This document shows positions 45,036 through 60,640 of a stretch of DNA of 64,000 bases, in pieces. Below the pieces are notes generated by a model. It had not been told where the DNA came from and made no database searches. It saw nothing but the letters and a program-made list of their open reading frames with translations. The stretch comes from the human T2T-CHM13v2.0 reference genome, Homo sapiens. Every line of letters starts with the position of its first letter. The first letter of the stretch is position 1. Both the position numbers and the translations under genes were made by a program. Location: assembly GCF_009914755.1 (NCBI RefSeq), contig NC_060933.1. The stretch is one strand, 5' to 3'.

Positions 45036-47290
45036 AACTGCCAAACTGTTCTCCATAGTAGCTGTATCATTTTACATTCTCAACAGCAATGTCTGAATGA
45101 TTCAGTTTCTTCACATTTTAGACAGCATATGGTATTGTTACCACTTTTTATTTCAGCCCTCTAATAGATGTGTGGTGATATTGCATTGTGGTTTTAATTT
45201 CCATTTCCCTAATTGCTAATAATGTTGATTTTGTTTTTCATGTGTTTATTTGCCATCTATATATCTTTTACTTTGAGGTCTCTTGATGTATTTTGCCTTT
45301 GTTCTAACTGGATTGTTTACATTTTATAATGCTGAATTTTAAGAATCCTTAATATACTTTAGATATTTTGTCACATATGCGGTTTGCAAATACGTATCTC
45401 CTGGTCTACCTTTTTCTTTTTTATCTGTATGTCTTTTATTTCACTTTCCTCCCTCATTATATTGAAGAGAATTCCCAGCATTATGACAGCAAGGACTCTT
45501 CTCTTGTTTCTGAACTAAGAAATAAAGCCTTCAGTCTTTCTCCGTTAAGTATAGTTTTAACTATAGGGTATTTCTTTGTTTTTGCTAAATGCTTTTTATT
45601 AAGTTTGGGAAGTTCTCCTTTCCTATTTTTCCGACTTTTTTTTTTTTTTTAACCATGAATGGATGCTGAGTTTTCTCAAGTATATTTTCTGCATTGATTG
45701 ATATATTCATGTGATTTTGCTTCATCAGGCTATTTGAATGGTGGATTACATTGAATTGTGAAGATTTTCTCCTATTTAAAGAAATTGTTTTATAGTTGTA
45801 TGTTTTACATGTAAGTTCATAATCCATTTTGAGCTAATTTTTGTAGAAGATGTAAGACTTAGGTCAAGGTACTTTTATTTACTTATTTTTTATTGCTCAT
45901 GGATGTCCAAGCACTCTGCACAGTTTGTTGAAAAAACTATATTTCCCCACTAAGGGCAATGGTAGCTACATAAAATGAACTGTAAGTATTCCTTCCTTTT
46001 ATTTTCTTGAAGAAGTTATGTAGAATTTGTGTTATTTTTCCCTTAAATGTTTGGGAGAATTCTCCAGTGAAACCAAATGGGCCTAGAGATTTCTCTTTAA
46101 GCAGCTTTTAAATTATAAAATTGATTTTCTGAATAGCTATAGGACTCTACAAATTACCTGTTTTATTTTGAATAGCAATTTGTGTTTTTCAATGAAGTGT
46201 TGCATGTTGCCTAAGTTGTCAGATTTATGTGTCTAGCTTTGTTTGGAGCCTTCCTTCATTATGTTTTTTGTGTCTACAGGTTCTGTAGTAATATCTCCTA
46301 ATTTGTTCATGAGCTTTGTAGTTTGCATCTTCTTTAATTTTTTCTTTGCCAATATCACTAGAGGGTTGTCAGTTTTATTGGTCTTTCCAAAGAACTATTA
46401 AATTAAATTTTCATTTAATTGATTTTCCATATTGTTTTTCTATTTTCTATTTCATTAATTTCTGTTCTTATCTTTTCCTTTCTTTCTTTTTTTTTTTTTT
46501 TTTTTGCTTGCTTTGGGCTTATTTTGACTTTTTCTCTTTTCTGATGTACATACTTAATGGTATAAATTTTCTTCTCAGCCCTGCTTTAGCTATGTTCCAC
46601 ACATTTTAATATGTTGCATTTCATTTTCATTCAGTTCAATGTATTTTCTTTATTCCTGTGAGATGTTATATTTGACCCATGGACTATTTAGATGGATGTT
46701 GTTCAGTTTCCACGTATTCAAAGATTTTCCTCTTATCTTTTGGTTATTTATTTACAGTTTGATTTCATTGTGGTCAGAGCACATTGGATTACTTTAAATT
46801 CTTTTAAATTTTTTGAGGTTTCTTTTTTGTCCTAGGAGATGGTATATCTTGACATATGATCTGATGCTTGAAAAAAAAATGTGTATACTGCTATTGTTGA
46901 GTAAAGTGTTCTTTGAATGTTTATTAAATCCTATTGTTTGATGATGTTAATTTTTCCATATTATTTTTGATTTTCTGTCTAGTTGTTCTATCAATTATTG
47001 AAAAAGGTGTGTTGAAGTCTCCAACTATGAATGTACAGTTATTTAATTCTCCATCAGTTTTTGTTTCATATATTTTTCAGCTCTGTTATTTGATGCATAC
47101 ACACTTAGGTCTGGTATATCATCTTGATAGATTGACCCTTTTTCATTGTGTAATGCTGTTTTCTGTCTCTGATGATTTTCTTTGCTCTGAAGTCTATTTT
47201 ATCTTACATTAACATAGCTATTTTTGTTTTCCTTCAATAAAAATTCACATGATATATTGTTTTCATCTTTCTACTTTTAACCTGCCTGTA

Positions 47291-47344
47291 TTTTGCCATT
47301 AGTTTAATGGCAAAAACCACAATTACTTTTGCATAAACCCCTAA
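47291..47344. mobile_element. Partial MADE1 (Hsmar1 MITE)
   Basis: TTTTGCCATTAGTTTAATGGCAAAAACCACAATTACTTTTGCA...CCTAA followed by TA; most of the left TIR is missing. Confidence 0.8.
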
Positions 47345-48933
47345 TATTTGGAGTTTTTTATATATAGCAAATGACTGGGTCATATTTTTTAAAGCAACTC
47401 TGCCAATATTTGTATTTTAATTGTTGTACTTAAATAATTTACATTTGATGTAATATTGCTATGTTAGACCTTAAGTCTGCTACTTGATTTGATTTGATCT
47501 TTTGGTTTCGCTTGTAATGTTTTTCATTTTTCCAATTTCTTTCCCCAGCCTTCCCATGGGTTACTGAACATTTCTTAGAATTACAATTTGATATACCTTT
47601 AATATTTTTAAGAGTGTATCTTTTGTGGTTCCTCTAGGTAATATATTACATCATTTATACAGAAGTTATTGCAGTCTACTGTTGCCATCATTTTACTAGG
47701 TGGAGTAAGGTATAGAAAGCTTACCTCTCTTTATGCTGCTTTAAAATCTTTGTCAGCTGATACTAACATCTCTGTTATCTTAGTTTTATTATTTATTGTC
47801 TTTTTTTGTTCTGTTTGAGATCATCCTAATCCTTGACATGATGAGTGGTTTTAAATTAAACAAGGAGATTGTTTTGTAAAAATCTGGATCTTATTTAAAC
47901 CTACCATTTAAATAAGACTGGTTTTCTCTGACATTGTCCTGCCAGGGGCAGGGAGAAGACCATCTTGTCTGGTGATGGTAAAAGTCCAGGTTCTCTACTT
48001 GATTTTCATTGACACTGAAGGAAGGGAGGCTCATTGCTATTGCTGGAAGGAGTCTGGCTTCCTACGGGATCTCCACTACTGCTACAGAAGGTGTGGCTTT
48101 ATTACTTTAGATGATGGTGAAAGTCCTGAATCTTCACGAGGTCTGCCCTGACACTGTCCCAGTGTGAAGGGAAATGGGGAGTTGGGGTAGAAGTTCAGAA
48201 ATTTTATGTGGTCTCTAATGACACCAGCAGGATGGCCCATTACTGGCTAGAGGAATTGAAATCATTGGTCCTAACTTGGTCTTCTCTTAAATCACGCCAG
48301 TCTTGGGTATTGGGGGTGCTGTATTACAGCCTTGTGAGGACGAATGTTTAGGCTGCTCCTCACCTGGCATTTACTCGTGCAAGTATGGATTGGTCACAGT
48401 TTCTGATGCATTTGTCCATGGTAGATTGATGGTTGCCTAAAATCTGTCTTTATGTCCGGCCTGACTGTTCCTTTCCTGGTCTTTTGCTAGAGAGGAAAAC
48501 CAAAAAGCTTTTGTTGGAGATTTTGGTCTATGCTAATGCTAATGTCTATGTCTATTAGCATTTTTAGGTTACTGGCTTCTTTGACTCCCAGTCTTGAACA
48601 CATGAGGCAAAAAGAAACCCACAGACTCACTGTCTCATTGTTCCTCAGGTCACAAGGTCCCTAGATGGCATGCCTTCCTCTCCTCAACCTTCTGAGTCTT
48701 CTTTTGTGTGTTTATATATATAGTATCTACAGGTTTTAGTTGCACTTACTAGGAGAAAGGTAGATCTACTCAATCTTTCTGAAGGTGAAAGTCCTTTATA
48801 AATAATTTTAAATCATCATATTGAACGCTTATTACCTCTAGAAATAATATGATATTCTTTGTATACAGTCATACCTCTGAGATATTGTGGCTTCAATTCC
48901 AAACTAGGGCAACAAAGGAAATATCACAAGTAA

Positions 48934-49281
<348 letters not shown>

Positions 49282-49635
49282 TAAAAATTATGATTCCATT
49301 ATACTATAGTGTATTAAGTATGCAATAGCACTGTGTCTAAAAATGTGCATACCTTAATTAAAATACTTTATTACTAAACAATGCTAACAATCATCTGAGC
49401 CTTCAGTGAATTGTAATCTTTTTGCTAGTGGAGGGTCTTGCCTCAATGTTGATGACTGCTAACTGGGATCAGAGTGATTGTTGCTGAAGATTAGGGTGGT
49501 TGTGGCAATTAGAAAAAAAAATAAGACAACAGTGAAGTTTGCTGTATTGATTGACTTCCTTTCCTGAAAGATTTCTCTGTAGCATGTGATGCTGTTTGAT
49601 AATTACCCAAAGTAGACCTTCTTTCAAAATTTGGA

Positions 49636-49960
49636 GGTTGGGCATGGTGGCTCATGCCTATAATCTCAGTGCTTGGAGGTGCCAAGGCAGGAGGCTCGCT
49701 TGAGGCCAGGAGTTTGAGAACTGCCTGGGCAACAAAGAAAGACCCTGTCTCTAATGACAACAACAATAAAATAAATAAATAAAAAATAGCCAAGTGTGGT
49801 GGTGTGTGCCTGTAGTCCTAGCTACTCAGAAGGCTGAGGTGGCAGATTGCTTGAGCCCAGGACTTTGAGTCTGCAGTGAGCTATGACAACCACTGCACTC
49901 CATCCTGGATGACAGAGTGAGGCTTTGTCTTTAAAGAATGAATAAATGAATAAAACATAT
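49636..49960 (+). mobile_element. AluJ nested in Tigger1
   Basis: GCTTGAGGCCAGGAG and GCTTGAGCCCAGG J diagnostics; TSD approximately AAAATTGGAG. Confidence 0.92.
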
Positions 49961-50890
49961 AAAATTGGAGTCAATCCTCTCAAACCCTGCTGCTGCTTTA
50001 ACAACTATGTTTATGTAGTATTCTCAGTATTCTAAAGCCTTTGCTGTCATTTTAACAATTTTCACAGCATCTTCACTAATAAATTCCACCTCAAGAAACC
50101 ACATTCTTTGCTCATCAATAAATAGCAACTCCTCATTTGTTAAAATCTTATCATGAGATAGCAGCAATTCAGTCACATCTTCTACTCCTAGTTCTATTTC
50201 TATTTCCATCTCATCTGCAGTTACTTCATCCACTGAAGTCTTGAATTCCTCAAAGTCACTCATGAAGGTTGGAATCAACTTCTTCAAAAACCCTGTTAAT
50301 GTTGATATTTTGACCTCCCTCCCATGAATCACGAATATTCTTAATGGTGTCTAAAATGGTGAGTCCTTTCGAGAAGGTTTCCAACTTACTTTGCGTAAAT
50401 TAGAAGAATTATTCCGTATGGCAGCTAAAGCCTTACAAAATGTCTTAAATAATAAAACTTAAAAATCAGAATTACTGCTTGATTCATGGGCTGTAGAATG
50501 GATGTTGTGTTAGCAGGCATGAAAACATTAATTTCCTTGTACTTCTCCATCAGAGATCTTGGGTGACTAGGTGCATTGTCAATGGACTGTAATATTTAGA
50601 AAGAAATCACTTTTTTCTTAGCAGTAGGTCTCAAAATTGGGTTTCAAATGTTCAATAAACCATTCTGTAAACAAATTTGCTGCCATAAAGCCTCTATAGT
50701 CTTTGATTTTATTTATAGAACATAGGAAGAATGTATTTATCATAATTTTTAAGAGTCATAGGATTTTTTGGATGCTAAATGAGTATTGGCTTCAATTGAA
50801 AGTCACAAGCTGCACTATGTCCATTGGAGCTTTAAAGTCAGGCATTGACATCTCCTCTCTAGCTATAAAAGTCTTACATGGCATCTTCTT

Positions 50891-51242
50891 TGATATGGTT
50901 TGACTCTGTGTCCTCACCCAAATCTCATCTTGAACTGTACTCCCATAATTCCAATGTGTTGTGAGAGGGGCCTGGTGAAAGGTAATTTGAAACATGGGGG
51001 CGGTTCCCCCCATACTGTTCTCATGGTAATAAATAAGTGTCACAAGATATGATGGTTTGTCAGGGGTTTCCACTTTTGCATCTTCCTCATTTTTCTCTTG
51101 CCGCTGCCATGTAAGGAGTGCCTTTTGCCTCCGACCATGATTCTGAGTCCTCCCCAGTCATATGGAACTGTAAGTCCAATTAAAACTCTTTTTCTTCCCA
51201 GTCTCAGGTATGTCTTTATCATCAGCATGAAAACAGACTAAT
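50891..51242 (+). mobile_element. THE1A solo LTR nested in Tigger1
   Basis: TGATATGGTTTG...CAGGGGTTTCCACTTTTGCATCTTCCTC...GACTAAT; terminal ACA lost. Confidence 0.92.
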
Positions 51243-52489
51243 CTTTCAATATAAGACTGTTTCACCTACATTGAAAATCTGTTATTCAGTAACCATCTTC
51301 ATCAAATATCTTATCTTCTTGATAACTTGCAGCAGCTTCTACATCAAAACTTGTTGCTTCACCTTGCACTTTTATGCTTTAGAGACAGCTTCTTTCCTTA
51401 AATATTATGAAGCAAGCTGTTTAGTTTCAGACTTCCGAAGCTTCCTCTCAGCGATCCTAGAATTGAAGAGAATTAAGGCCTTGCTCTGCATTAGGCTTTA
51501 GCTTAAGGGAATGTTGTGGATGGTTTGATCTTCTGTCAAACTAAAACCATCTTTATATCGGGAATAAAACTGTTTTGCTTTCTTATTCATGTGTTCACTG
51601 GAGTAGCACTTTTCCTTCAAGAATGTTTCCCTTGGATTAGCAACTTAGCTAACTGTTTAGCACAATAAACTTTTTTTTTTTTTTCTGTCCTGGCTTTCAA
51701 AATGTCTTCCTCACTGAGATTAGTCATTTCTAGATTTGATTTAAAATGAGAGACATGCGATTTTTATTTCACTTGAACACTTAGAGGCCATTGTAGGATT
51801 ATTATTTGGCTTAATTTCAATATTGTTGTGTCTTGGGAATCACAGAGGCCTGAGGAGAGGGTGAGAGGTGGGGGAATGCAGGTTGGTGGAGCAGTCAGAA
51901 CACACACAACATTTATCGATTGTTTGCTCTCTTGTATGGGTGTAGTTCTTGGTGCCCCCAAACAATTACAATAGTAACATCAAAGATTACTGCTCACAGA
52001 AAACCATAACAAATATAATAATAACAAAAAAGTTTAAGGTAGTATGAGAATTAATAAAATCTAACACAGAGACACAAAGTGAGCACTTACTGTTAGAAAA
52101 CTGCTACCAATAGACTTGCTAGATTCAGGGTTGCCACAAAACTTCAATTTGTAAAAAATGCAATATCTGTGAAGCACAATAAAATTAAGCACAATAAAAT
52201 GACTGCCTATTATTTTATTTTGTCCTTAATAGACAATGAGTGTGGTATCATTGTCTCAATTTAACAATTGAGCACTGAGATTGGGAGAAGGTAAGGGGAC
52301 TTAGCTCAGCAAATGACAAAGTCAGGATTTAACCTATATCTTTTGCTTGTGTTCTTTTATTTAATATGTTCACTCACTTAAAAAGTCATGCTGTAAATTC
52401 TAATCTATCCAGGACAGTTGATTTACTTCTGGAAGTTTGTGTTTGTGATGTTTGTTTTGTTTTGCTTTTGGTGAGAGAATTCTTGATAA

Positions 52490-52885
52490 TTAAAAAGATT
52501 TCTGAAAGAGAATAATAAAAATGGTAAGAGATTCAGGAGTCAGAACATATGAAGGAGAACTGAAGGAAACTAAATATTGGAAAGAAGACTCTGTCTTCAC
52601 ATATTTGAATAACTCTCAGATAGATGACGCTTTTGAACTATTGTGAGGATCTCAAGAGATATGACCAGGACTCATAATTAAATGTTATAAAGATACTGAA
52701 TTCAGCTTCATTATAAGGAAGAACAGTTACAAATGTATGACATGAAGATAACTGTGTTTGTTGGTAATAAATCCTCATTCCTGAGTCAATCAGAGCAGAA
52801 GTGGGATGAGTGTCTTGTTGCTGAGAACGATGCAGAAATTTAGCAAATATAACCATGAAGTCCCCTCTAACCTTCACAGTCTTTA
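52490..52885 (+). mobile_element. L3/CR1-like LINE 3' fossil
   Basis: TATGAAGGAGAACTGAAGGAAACT...GTCTTCACATATTTGAA...CTTCATTATAAGGAAGAAC...GTCCCCTCTAACC resemble CR1/L3 3' motifs. Confidence 0.5.
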
Positions 52886-52914
52886 GTGCAGGCTCTTTCA
52901 TGTACCTGCTATGT

Positions 52915-53075
52915 GATATTGGACTAATTACTTCTTTCTGAACTTCACTTCTATAGAATGGGAATAATAATAGTACCAGCCTCATAAGATGACTGTGAGA
53001 TTGGATGAGATAATAAATGTAAAATGTTTAGTACTGTACCTGCAATGTAGAAAACACTGAAGAAATCAGCAGTGA
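52915..53075 (+). mobile_element. MIR SINE fossil
   Basis: AATGGGAATAATAATAGTACC...GATAATAAATGTAAAATGTTTAGTACTGTACCTG. Confidence 0.75.
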
Positions 53076-54908
53076 TAAGAAGGATGATAATATGGTGGGG
53101 TCCAAAGGCACTGCAGGAACATTGAGTGTTCAGGCTATTGTATGAGATATAGGTTGAAAAACTGGTCAATGGTCTTAAGTAATAAAGATAGGTAGATCTT
53201 AGTAATGAAAAATTTACTCGACCCAACCTGTCTATGGAAATTTCATTATTCTAGAACTGACCTAAGCTTATCACTGACACTTGACATGTCTTACACTCGG
53301 GATACATCCCTGCATACAGCAAGTACACAGCAAACGCTGTTCATTTATAGGCACCCAGTTATAGGCTAATTCAAGTTTTTCAGAATCTGTTCATCATGTG
53401 AGTTAACCAATCCCCATATCCAAGTTACTGTTTGATCTTTGATCAGTTTCTTAATATTTCTTAGACTTCAACCTTCTGTTTACAAGAAGAGATTAAAGAA
53501 GCTCATCTATAGTCTGTGATTTTGCTCTGAGATTTAGTAATTTTCTATTTTGAAATTAACCCGCACATCTGAAGGGGTCAGAAAAACTGTATCACTGCAA
53601 CTGACCAACAAATCAGAGAAATTTACATTATCAGTCCAGTAGAAGATTGCAATCCAGCCAGATACTATTCTAATTTTATTCCAGTTTTAAAAGCAATGAT
53701 TCCATGGACCACTGCCATCCTGCTGAGCTTCACTTTCTTAGATGAATTAGCTATTCCCAGCATTGCTTCTTGCACAATTCCTGACTCTGTGAGGGTGAAG
53801 TTAGTATTGCTTATTTCACCTCCTTGCAAGGAAAAGCCTTCAAGAAGTTTAGGAACTGGGGCTGGTTCCAAATAGACACTTTCACAGTTAGATCACTTCT
53901 AATGGTGAAATATTTTCCAGACAATCTGAATATTTTCATCTATTTAAACACTGTAGTCATCAGGACATGCCTGCCTCCTACATAGGCATTCTATATGAAT
54001 TCTCAGCCTTCCAGTGGCTAAGGGACATGTCCAGTTATAAGAACTATTCCCTCCCAAATCTATAAGTTAGTGGTGGACGACGTCTTTGGAGAAACTTTTT
54101 TTCCTATTGCCTCTCATGCAGTCGATGTCACAGTGTCTCCCAGTAACTCAAACCAAGTGCCTACAACTCATTTTAATCTTCACGCTTCTCTTTCCCCATC
54201 ATCAGTTGGTCTCCACTTCCAGTCCATTCTACCTTCTAAGTTTTTTTGTTTTCAATTCAACTCTTCTTCAGTATTAAAATATCCACTAGGCTGGACTATC
54301 TATTTGCCTGGATTGGAGTCTCTTTGCCTCATTGGTCAGTCTCACTATCTTCTTCAACATCCTCCACACTGCTTGACCAAGCCATCATTTTCAGTTATAC
54401 AATGGGCACAGTCATTCCTTGTGTCAATTGTTTTAGTGGCTTCTCATCACCTACAGGATGAAGTTTACATCTCATATGTAGCATGCAGGGTTTCTCATAA
54501 TCCAGCTAATTCTCCTTTTCTGATTTTACTTCTCATCAAGAACTCCTTTGCACCCAAAGTCCTAATCACTGAACTTCTAATATTTCAGCAATATGTCATA
54601 TTCTTATTCCTCTGGCCTTTTGCAATTTGATTCTTTTTGCCTATAATGTTCTTCCCTTCAGAATCTATACCTAGCAAACTCACAGGATTTCACTGTGAAG
54701 AATTGCTTTAATTATAACCTCTTCTATAATACCTTCCCTAATCAGCTAGGTAATTTTTTCCTATGTACTCATTGTGCTTTTATAAAGGTTATGTTTATTT
54801 GATTATTTTTTTCCTTAAAGACTGTGGACACTAAAAGGAAAAAACAATTCTTTTCTTTTTAGGCACAGATTATGTGCTCTACTATTGTATTAAAAATGTG
54901 CAAATATC

Positions 54909-55328
<420 letters not shown>

Positions 55329-55946
55329 CTAGTGTCTATAGTGGTAGGCAGGCTATAAAACTGCAAGGGGTTGTAAAAGATTCATTTAGTTGATTCTATG
55401 CTACCTGTGGGCTATGGTTGTTGGTTAACATTTCTCCTATGAGGCTTTCTTTTTTTTCTTTTAGCATTCAAAATAAACATTTATTTAGCTCAGGAGACCC
55501 CACGAAAGTCTTGACTGGAGTAGAATAGTCACCAGGGAAGTGAGTCATGCATGTGTTTCTAACATTCATCTTTCTACCCTGTTTCTGACCATGGAAGGGA
55601 CATTTTGGCCAAAATACATATGCAGAATAAGACAGATCAAGAGTACACCATTCCTCCAATTCTCAGAACTCCAGATCTAGCAAATCTTACTAACAATAGA
55701 GACAAAGTTGGCAGATAGTTGAGAGTCTAGGTCTTTGATCACTCACATTGTGAGGAAGAGAGTGCAGGTGACTGGACCCAAGGCGTGACTGTCCATCTAT
55801 GCAGTGGCAACGCCACTAACCACTGTATTTTGGTGGGGAATATAAAGATCCCTGTTTGTTCTGATCTTGCAAACATGAAATTATAAAGGGAAAATATGGA
55901 ACAGAACAAGGGAGACTAAGAAGGAGTGGATTCTAAAAGTAACTGA

Positions 55947-56283
<337 letters not shown>

Positions 56284-56721
56284 GAAAGTGACATTTTTAT
56301 ACATCCTCATAGAGAAGGTTTGTTTACCGTGTGCTTCCTGATTCTCCTGTGTTTAAGACATCTTCTGCCTTCGCACTCCTCTGTTCTTTCTTTGCTTTCA
56401 CTCCTCCACCAGGTTTTGATAATTTTTCAAGCTTAAATCAAACCCCATGTCTTTCATGAAGATTCTCTGATCTGTTTCATAATCCTAATCCATATCATTA
56501 CCCTGCTTGGCACATACGTCAGGTGGCATGGTTCTAGCAAGAAACACCTTCTTTCTTGCTAATGTTGTTAAACTGATAAGTTCGCTTGACCTCTCTGACC
56601 TGTATTTCTGTGAGAAGACACAAAGATTCCAAATCACAGAAAGGTTCAAAAGTTTTATTTCAGATCCTTTTCTAATGTTTGCTGTGAGAGAGGGGTCAAA
56701 GAGAAAACAGAGCCAGATACT

Positions 56722-57417
<696 letters not shown>

Positions 57418-57504
57418 AGTCCTTTTTGCCACATGAGAGTCAACTGTTCACAGATAAAAGGGTAGAAAATACAGAAGAAATAAGGGAAGCCTGTGACAGG
57501 GAAT

Positions 57505-58013
57505 TTAGTGGACAGTATAATGGCCCCAAAGATGTCCACATTCTAATTTCTAGATCTTCTGAATGTTTCTTTACTAGGCAAAAGAAACCTTACAGATGTG
57601 ATTAAAGTTAAGGATCTGGAGTTGAATAGACTATCCTACGTTATTCTGGTTGGGCCCAATGTAATCACAAGGGTCCTTGTAGGAGGGAGCATCACAGTTA
57701 GGGAAGGTAATGTGGTGTGAAACAGACCAAAGAGAGATTTGAAACTGCCATGCTACTGGTTTTGAATATGGGGAAGAGGCCAGGGCTGAGGAATAAAGGC
57801 AGCCTTGAAGTTTGATTAGGCAAGAAAATGGATTCTCCCCTAGGGGCTCCAGAAGGAATGCAGCTCTGTAGATTCCTTGATTTTTGCCCTGTATGACCCA
57901 TTTTAGACATTTGGCATCCAGAATGGTACAATAATTGATTTGTGTTGTTTTAAGCCATTAAAACCTGTTTGTGTTTGTGGCCATTTGTTACAGCAGCAGT
58001 AGGACAATAGATA
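57505..58013 (+). mobile_element. MLT1D solo LTR
   Basis: AATGGCCCCAAAGATGTCCAC...GATTAAAGTTAAGGATCT...GGGCCCAATGTAATCACAAGGGTCCTT...TTTGTTACAGCAGCA. Confidence 0.88.
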
Positions 58014-59638
58014 ATAATGATCATTACCCTTGTGCTACCCACTTCATCATTGCTCCCAGGCCCTGGCATCTCATCCCAGGGACTGAACTGGTACCACATC
58101 CTGAAGACTGTCACATCTCAACTACAGTGTGCTCTGAATCTTGTTCCCAGAAGCAGAGTTCCATGGTAGAATAGGAACAGGGTTGATATTCATTTCCCCA
58201 GGAATGTCATGGCATTTGTTACATTGCTTGTGGTTTTGATATCAATATTAATGATCCTAATGTAATCGTCATTTTATCATTTAATTGCATTTCCTTGATG
58301 AATTAAATGACTCCCTAGCTAATTGACATTTAAAGACAGAGTACATGCTCCTTTCACTGACTTACTTAAACATGAAAAGGTTGGAGTGATTAGCACAGGC
58401 AAAAGCTCATTTCTAAACTATTTCAGTCGTCTTTTCACAATCTGCCAATAATTTCTATTCCAAAAGCAATATTGGCTAGGGTACTGGAAGAATGTGCTAG
58501 TATTTTCAGACAGACTGCAAACTACCAGTAAAGTTTACTGAGCAACTCTGTTACTCAAGCCACAGAGTTGATAATTTTTTCTCCTGGGAAATCATATGTT
58601 CCCCTTCACTGCTATTTCTCATCCCTTCTGTGCAGGTTACGGTGGTCAGTGTTCAGGACACAAAGTCCTAGAAATGTGGCATTGCATATTTTATCAGCTT
58701 CGCCCTCTGAATTCTAGTTCTGTTCCCAACCAGATCTCATTCTTTCACATTGATATAACTGAGTTAAGACTCAGGTTTTGAGCAAGATATCAGGGAGCAA
58801 AGAACCACTGTGATAATTTAGCAACTGTGAATAAAGAGCATATAATATACCAGGAACCGTGAAAGCATTTTGTAATTACTTCATTTCTTTAATCTGAATT
58901 CTTATGTTTTCAATCTGACATTGGTTAATGTTGGTGCACTATTGGTTGGAGTCACAGTTGGGCTTGGAAAGTAAGTAGCTACAATTCCTAATAGCTAGAG
59001 AGTTTTCAGAGTAATAATGTATACTTTCGTTCTTTTTCCCTTAAGAAATGGGGCCATTCCTTGTTACAGAGGCAGAGTGTATGGCATTCTAGCCCTATAG
59101 GATGGTTGATAAAAAATGTTTTTTTGAACATATATGTATTTGTGTGCACCCTAACAATTTGAAATAATTTTTGTAGATTTAGGCTTTTCAAACATGTAGC
59201 ATATGCATTTTTGGAATTAATACTGTCTACCCTGGTTGTGCCTCCACCAGTTCATTCATTCATACATTTATTAACTAAATACATATTTAGCAGTGTTGTT
59301 GAGCACACTTCTGAGTATTATGAATATTATGTGAACAAAACAAAGTTGTTTCATGAAGTTTATATCCTAGTGAAAGAAACGAGCAATAACGACAAGAAAA
59401 CTCACTTATATAAGGTCAGATGGTGATAATTCTTATCTGGGAAAATAAAGCAGAGAAGAAGAAAGGGAGAAACAGACACATACATCAGAGAAAGCTTTTC
59501 TTGAGGTGGTGATGTTTGAGCAGAAACCTGAATGAAGTGAGAGTAGCCGGCCATGTTTCTCTATGGGAGAAGAGAGTTCTAGGCTGAGGACTGGCAACTG
59601 TAAAGGCAATTCTGATGTAGAAGAGTGTCTAAGGCCAT

Positions 59639-60012
59639 TGTCCTAGGTTAGTTTGCCCATGCTGTCTTATAAGTTATTCATTATGGAAGCATTTGCAGAA
59701 GGAATCTGTAATGGAGTCTAGGAGGTAGGAAAGGAAAGAGTAAGAATTTACACAAAGTGCTGGCCTTAGCTTCGTCTTTCCTGGAGATTATACTACACTT
59801 CAGGGAGCCAGGGAGGAAGTCGACTCCCCTAGATTCCAGGTCTCTGTTAGGATAGGCAAGAGGATTAGCTCCATATGCCCAGGGGCAGTCCTTTAAACAA
59901 AGTCTCGGGGTCAGCCATTAGAAGATAAGGCTCGCAGAGGGTGGACGATGAGCACAAGAACAACACAGAGATACAAAAGGGTCTGGAAAAACCATCAACT
60001 GTGTCTGCTAGA
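59639..60012 (-). mobile_element. ERVL-class LTR (LTR33/16-like)
   Basis: TGTCCTAGG start and TCTGCTAGA end; 5-bp TSD GCCAT/GCCAG; interrupts the L2. Confidence 0.55.
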
Positions 60013-60293
60013 GCCAGCGTACTGAAGCACAGTGCGAGAGTGTACAGAGCAGAGGATCAGAGAGCCCTGTCAAGGAGGCAGTCAGGAGCCAGACCATGGA
60101 AGGGCTTCAGAGTTTTATAAGTGCTAGGAAACCAGAGGTATTTGGAACAATAGAGTGGCATGATCTGATTGACATTTTTAAAGGATCATTAGACTGTGGT
60201 GTGAATCCTAGACTTGGTGGAATAAGAGTAGAATAATTTAGACTTGCTAGGGGGCTATTAGAGAATTCTAGGGGGATTATGATGTTGGACCTG

Positions 60294-60640
60294 CACTGCT
60301 TGTCCAACACAGAACCCACTGGTCAAATATGCTTACTGACAATTGAAATGTAGCTCCTTTAAACGAACATGCTCTGTAAGTGTAAGTATGCATCAGACTT
60401 CAAGGGCTTAATAGAAAATAATGTAAAATGTCTGCCTAATATCTATTTTGTATTAACTACATGTTGAAATATTTTTCTCAAATAATTGCTCAAATGGATG
60501 AAATAAAGCATTAATAAATATGTTAATAAAATGCTATTAAATATGTTATTCAATGGTTTCTTCTTACTTTTTAAAATGTGGCTACTGGGAAATTAAAAAT
60601 TGTATGTAGGACTCACATTATATTTCTGTTGGACACCCAG
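60294..60640. mobile_element. MER33 hAT-Charlie DNA transposon
   Basis: TIR cores TGTCCAA...TTGGACA; TGTAAGTGTAAG, GTGGCTACT and CTCACATTATATTTCT motifs. Confidence 0.75.

Larger units (their letters stand above)
43995..48795 (-). mobile_element. Old L1 (L1MC1/2-like 3' end plus fragmented L1M ORF2 and 5' pieces)
   Basis: ATCACAACCAAGATATT...CAGAACATTTC...GGATCCCT...CTTTTATAGCCAC (reverse L1MC 3' UTR), followed by T-rich decayed ORF2 sequence. May be more than one element. Confidence 0.75.

Noticed and set aside
50024-50332. TIGD1-like ORF as a domesticated transposase gene
   Set aside because: It is a short piece of a Tigger1 fossil broken by stops, indels and three insertions.
54070-54630. 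186-aa ORF, the longest non-L1 ORF
   Set aside because: GTG start, Ser/Leu/Phe-rich composition with no recognisable domain, and largely overlapping a decayed pyrimidine-rich L2-like stretch.
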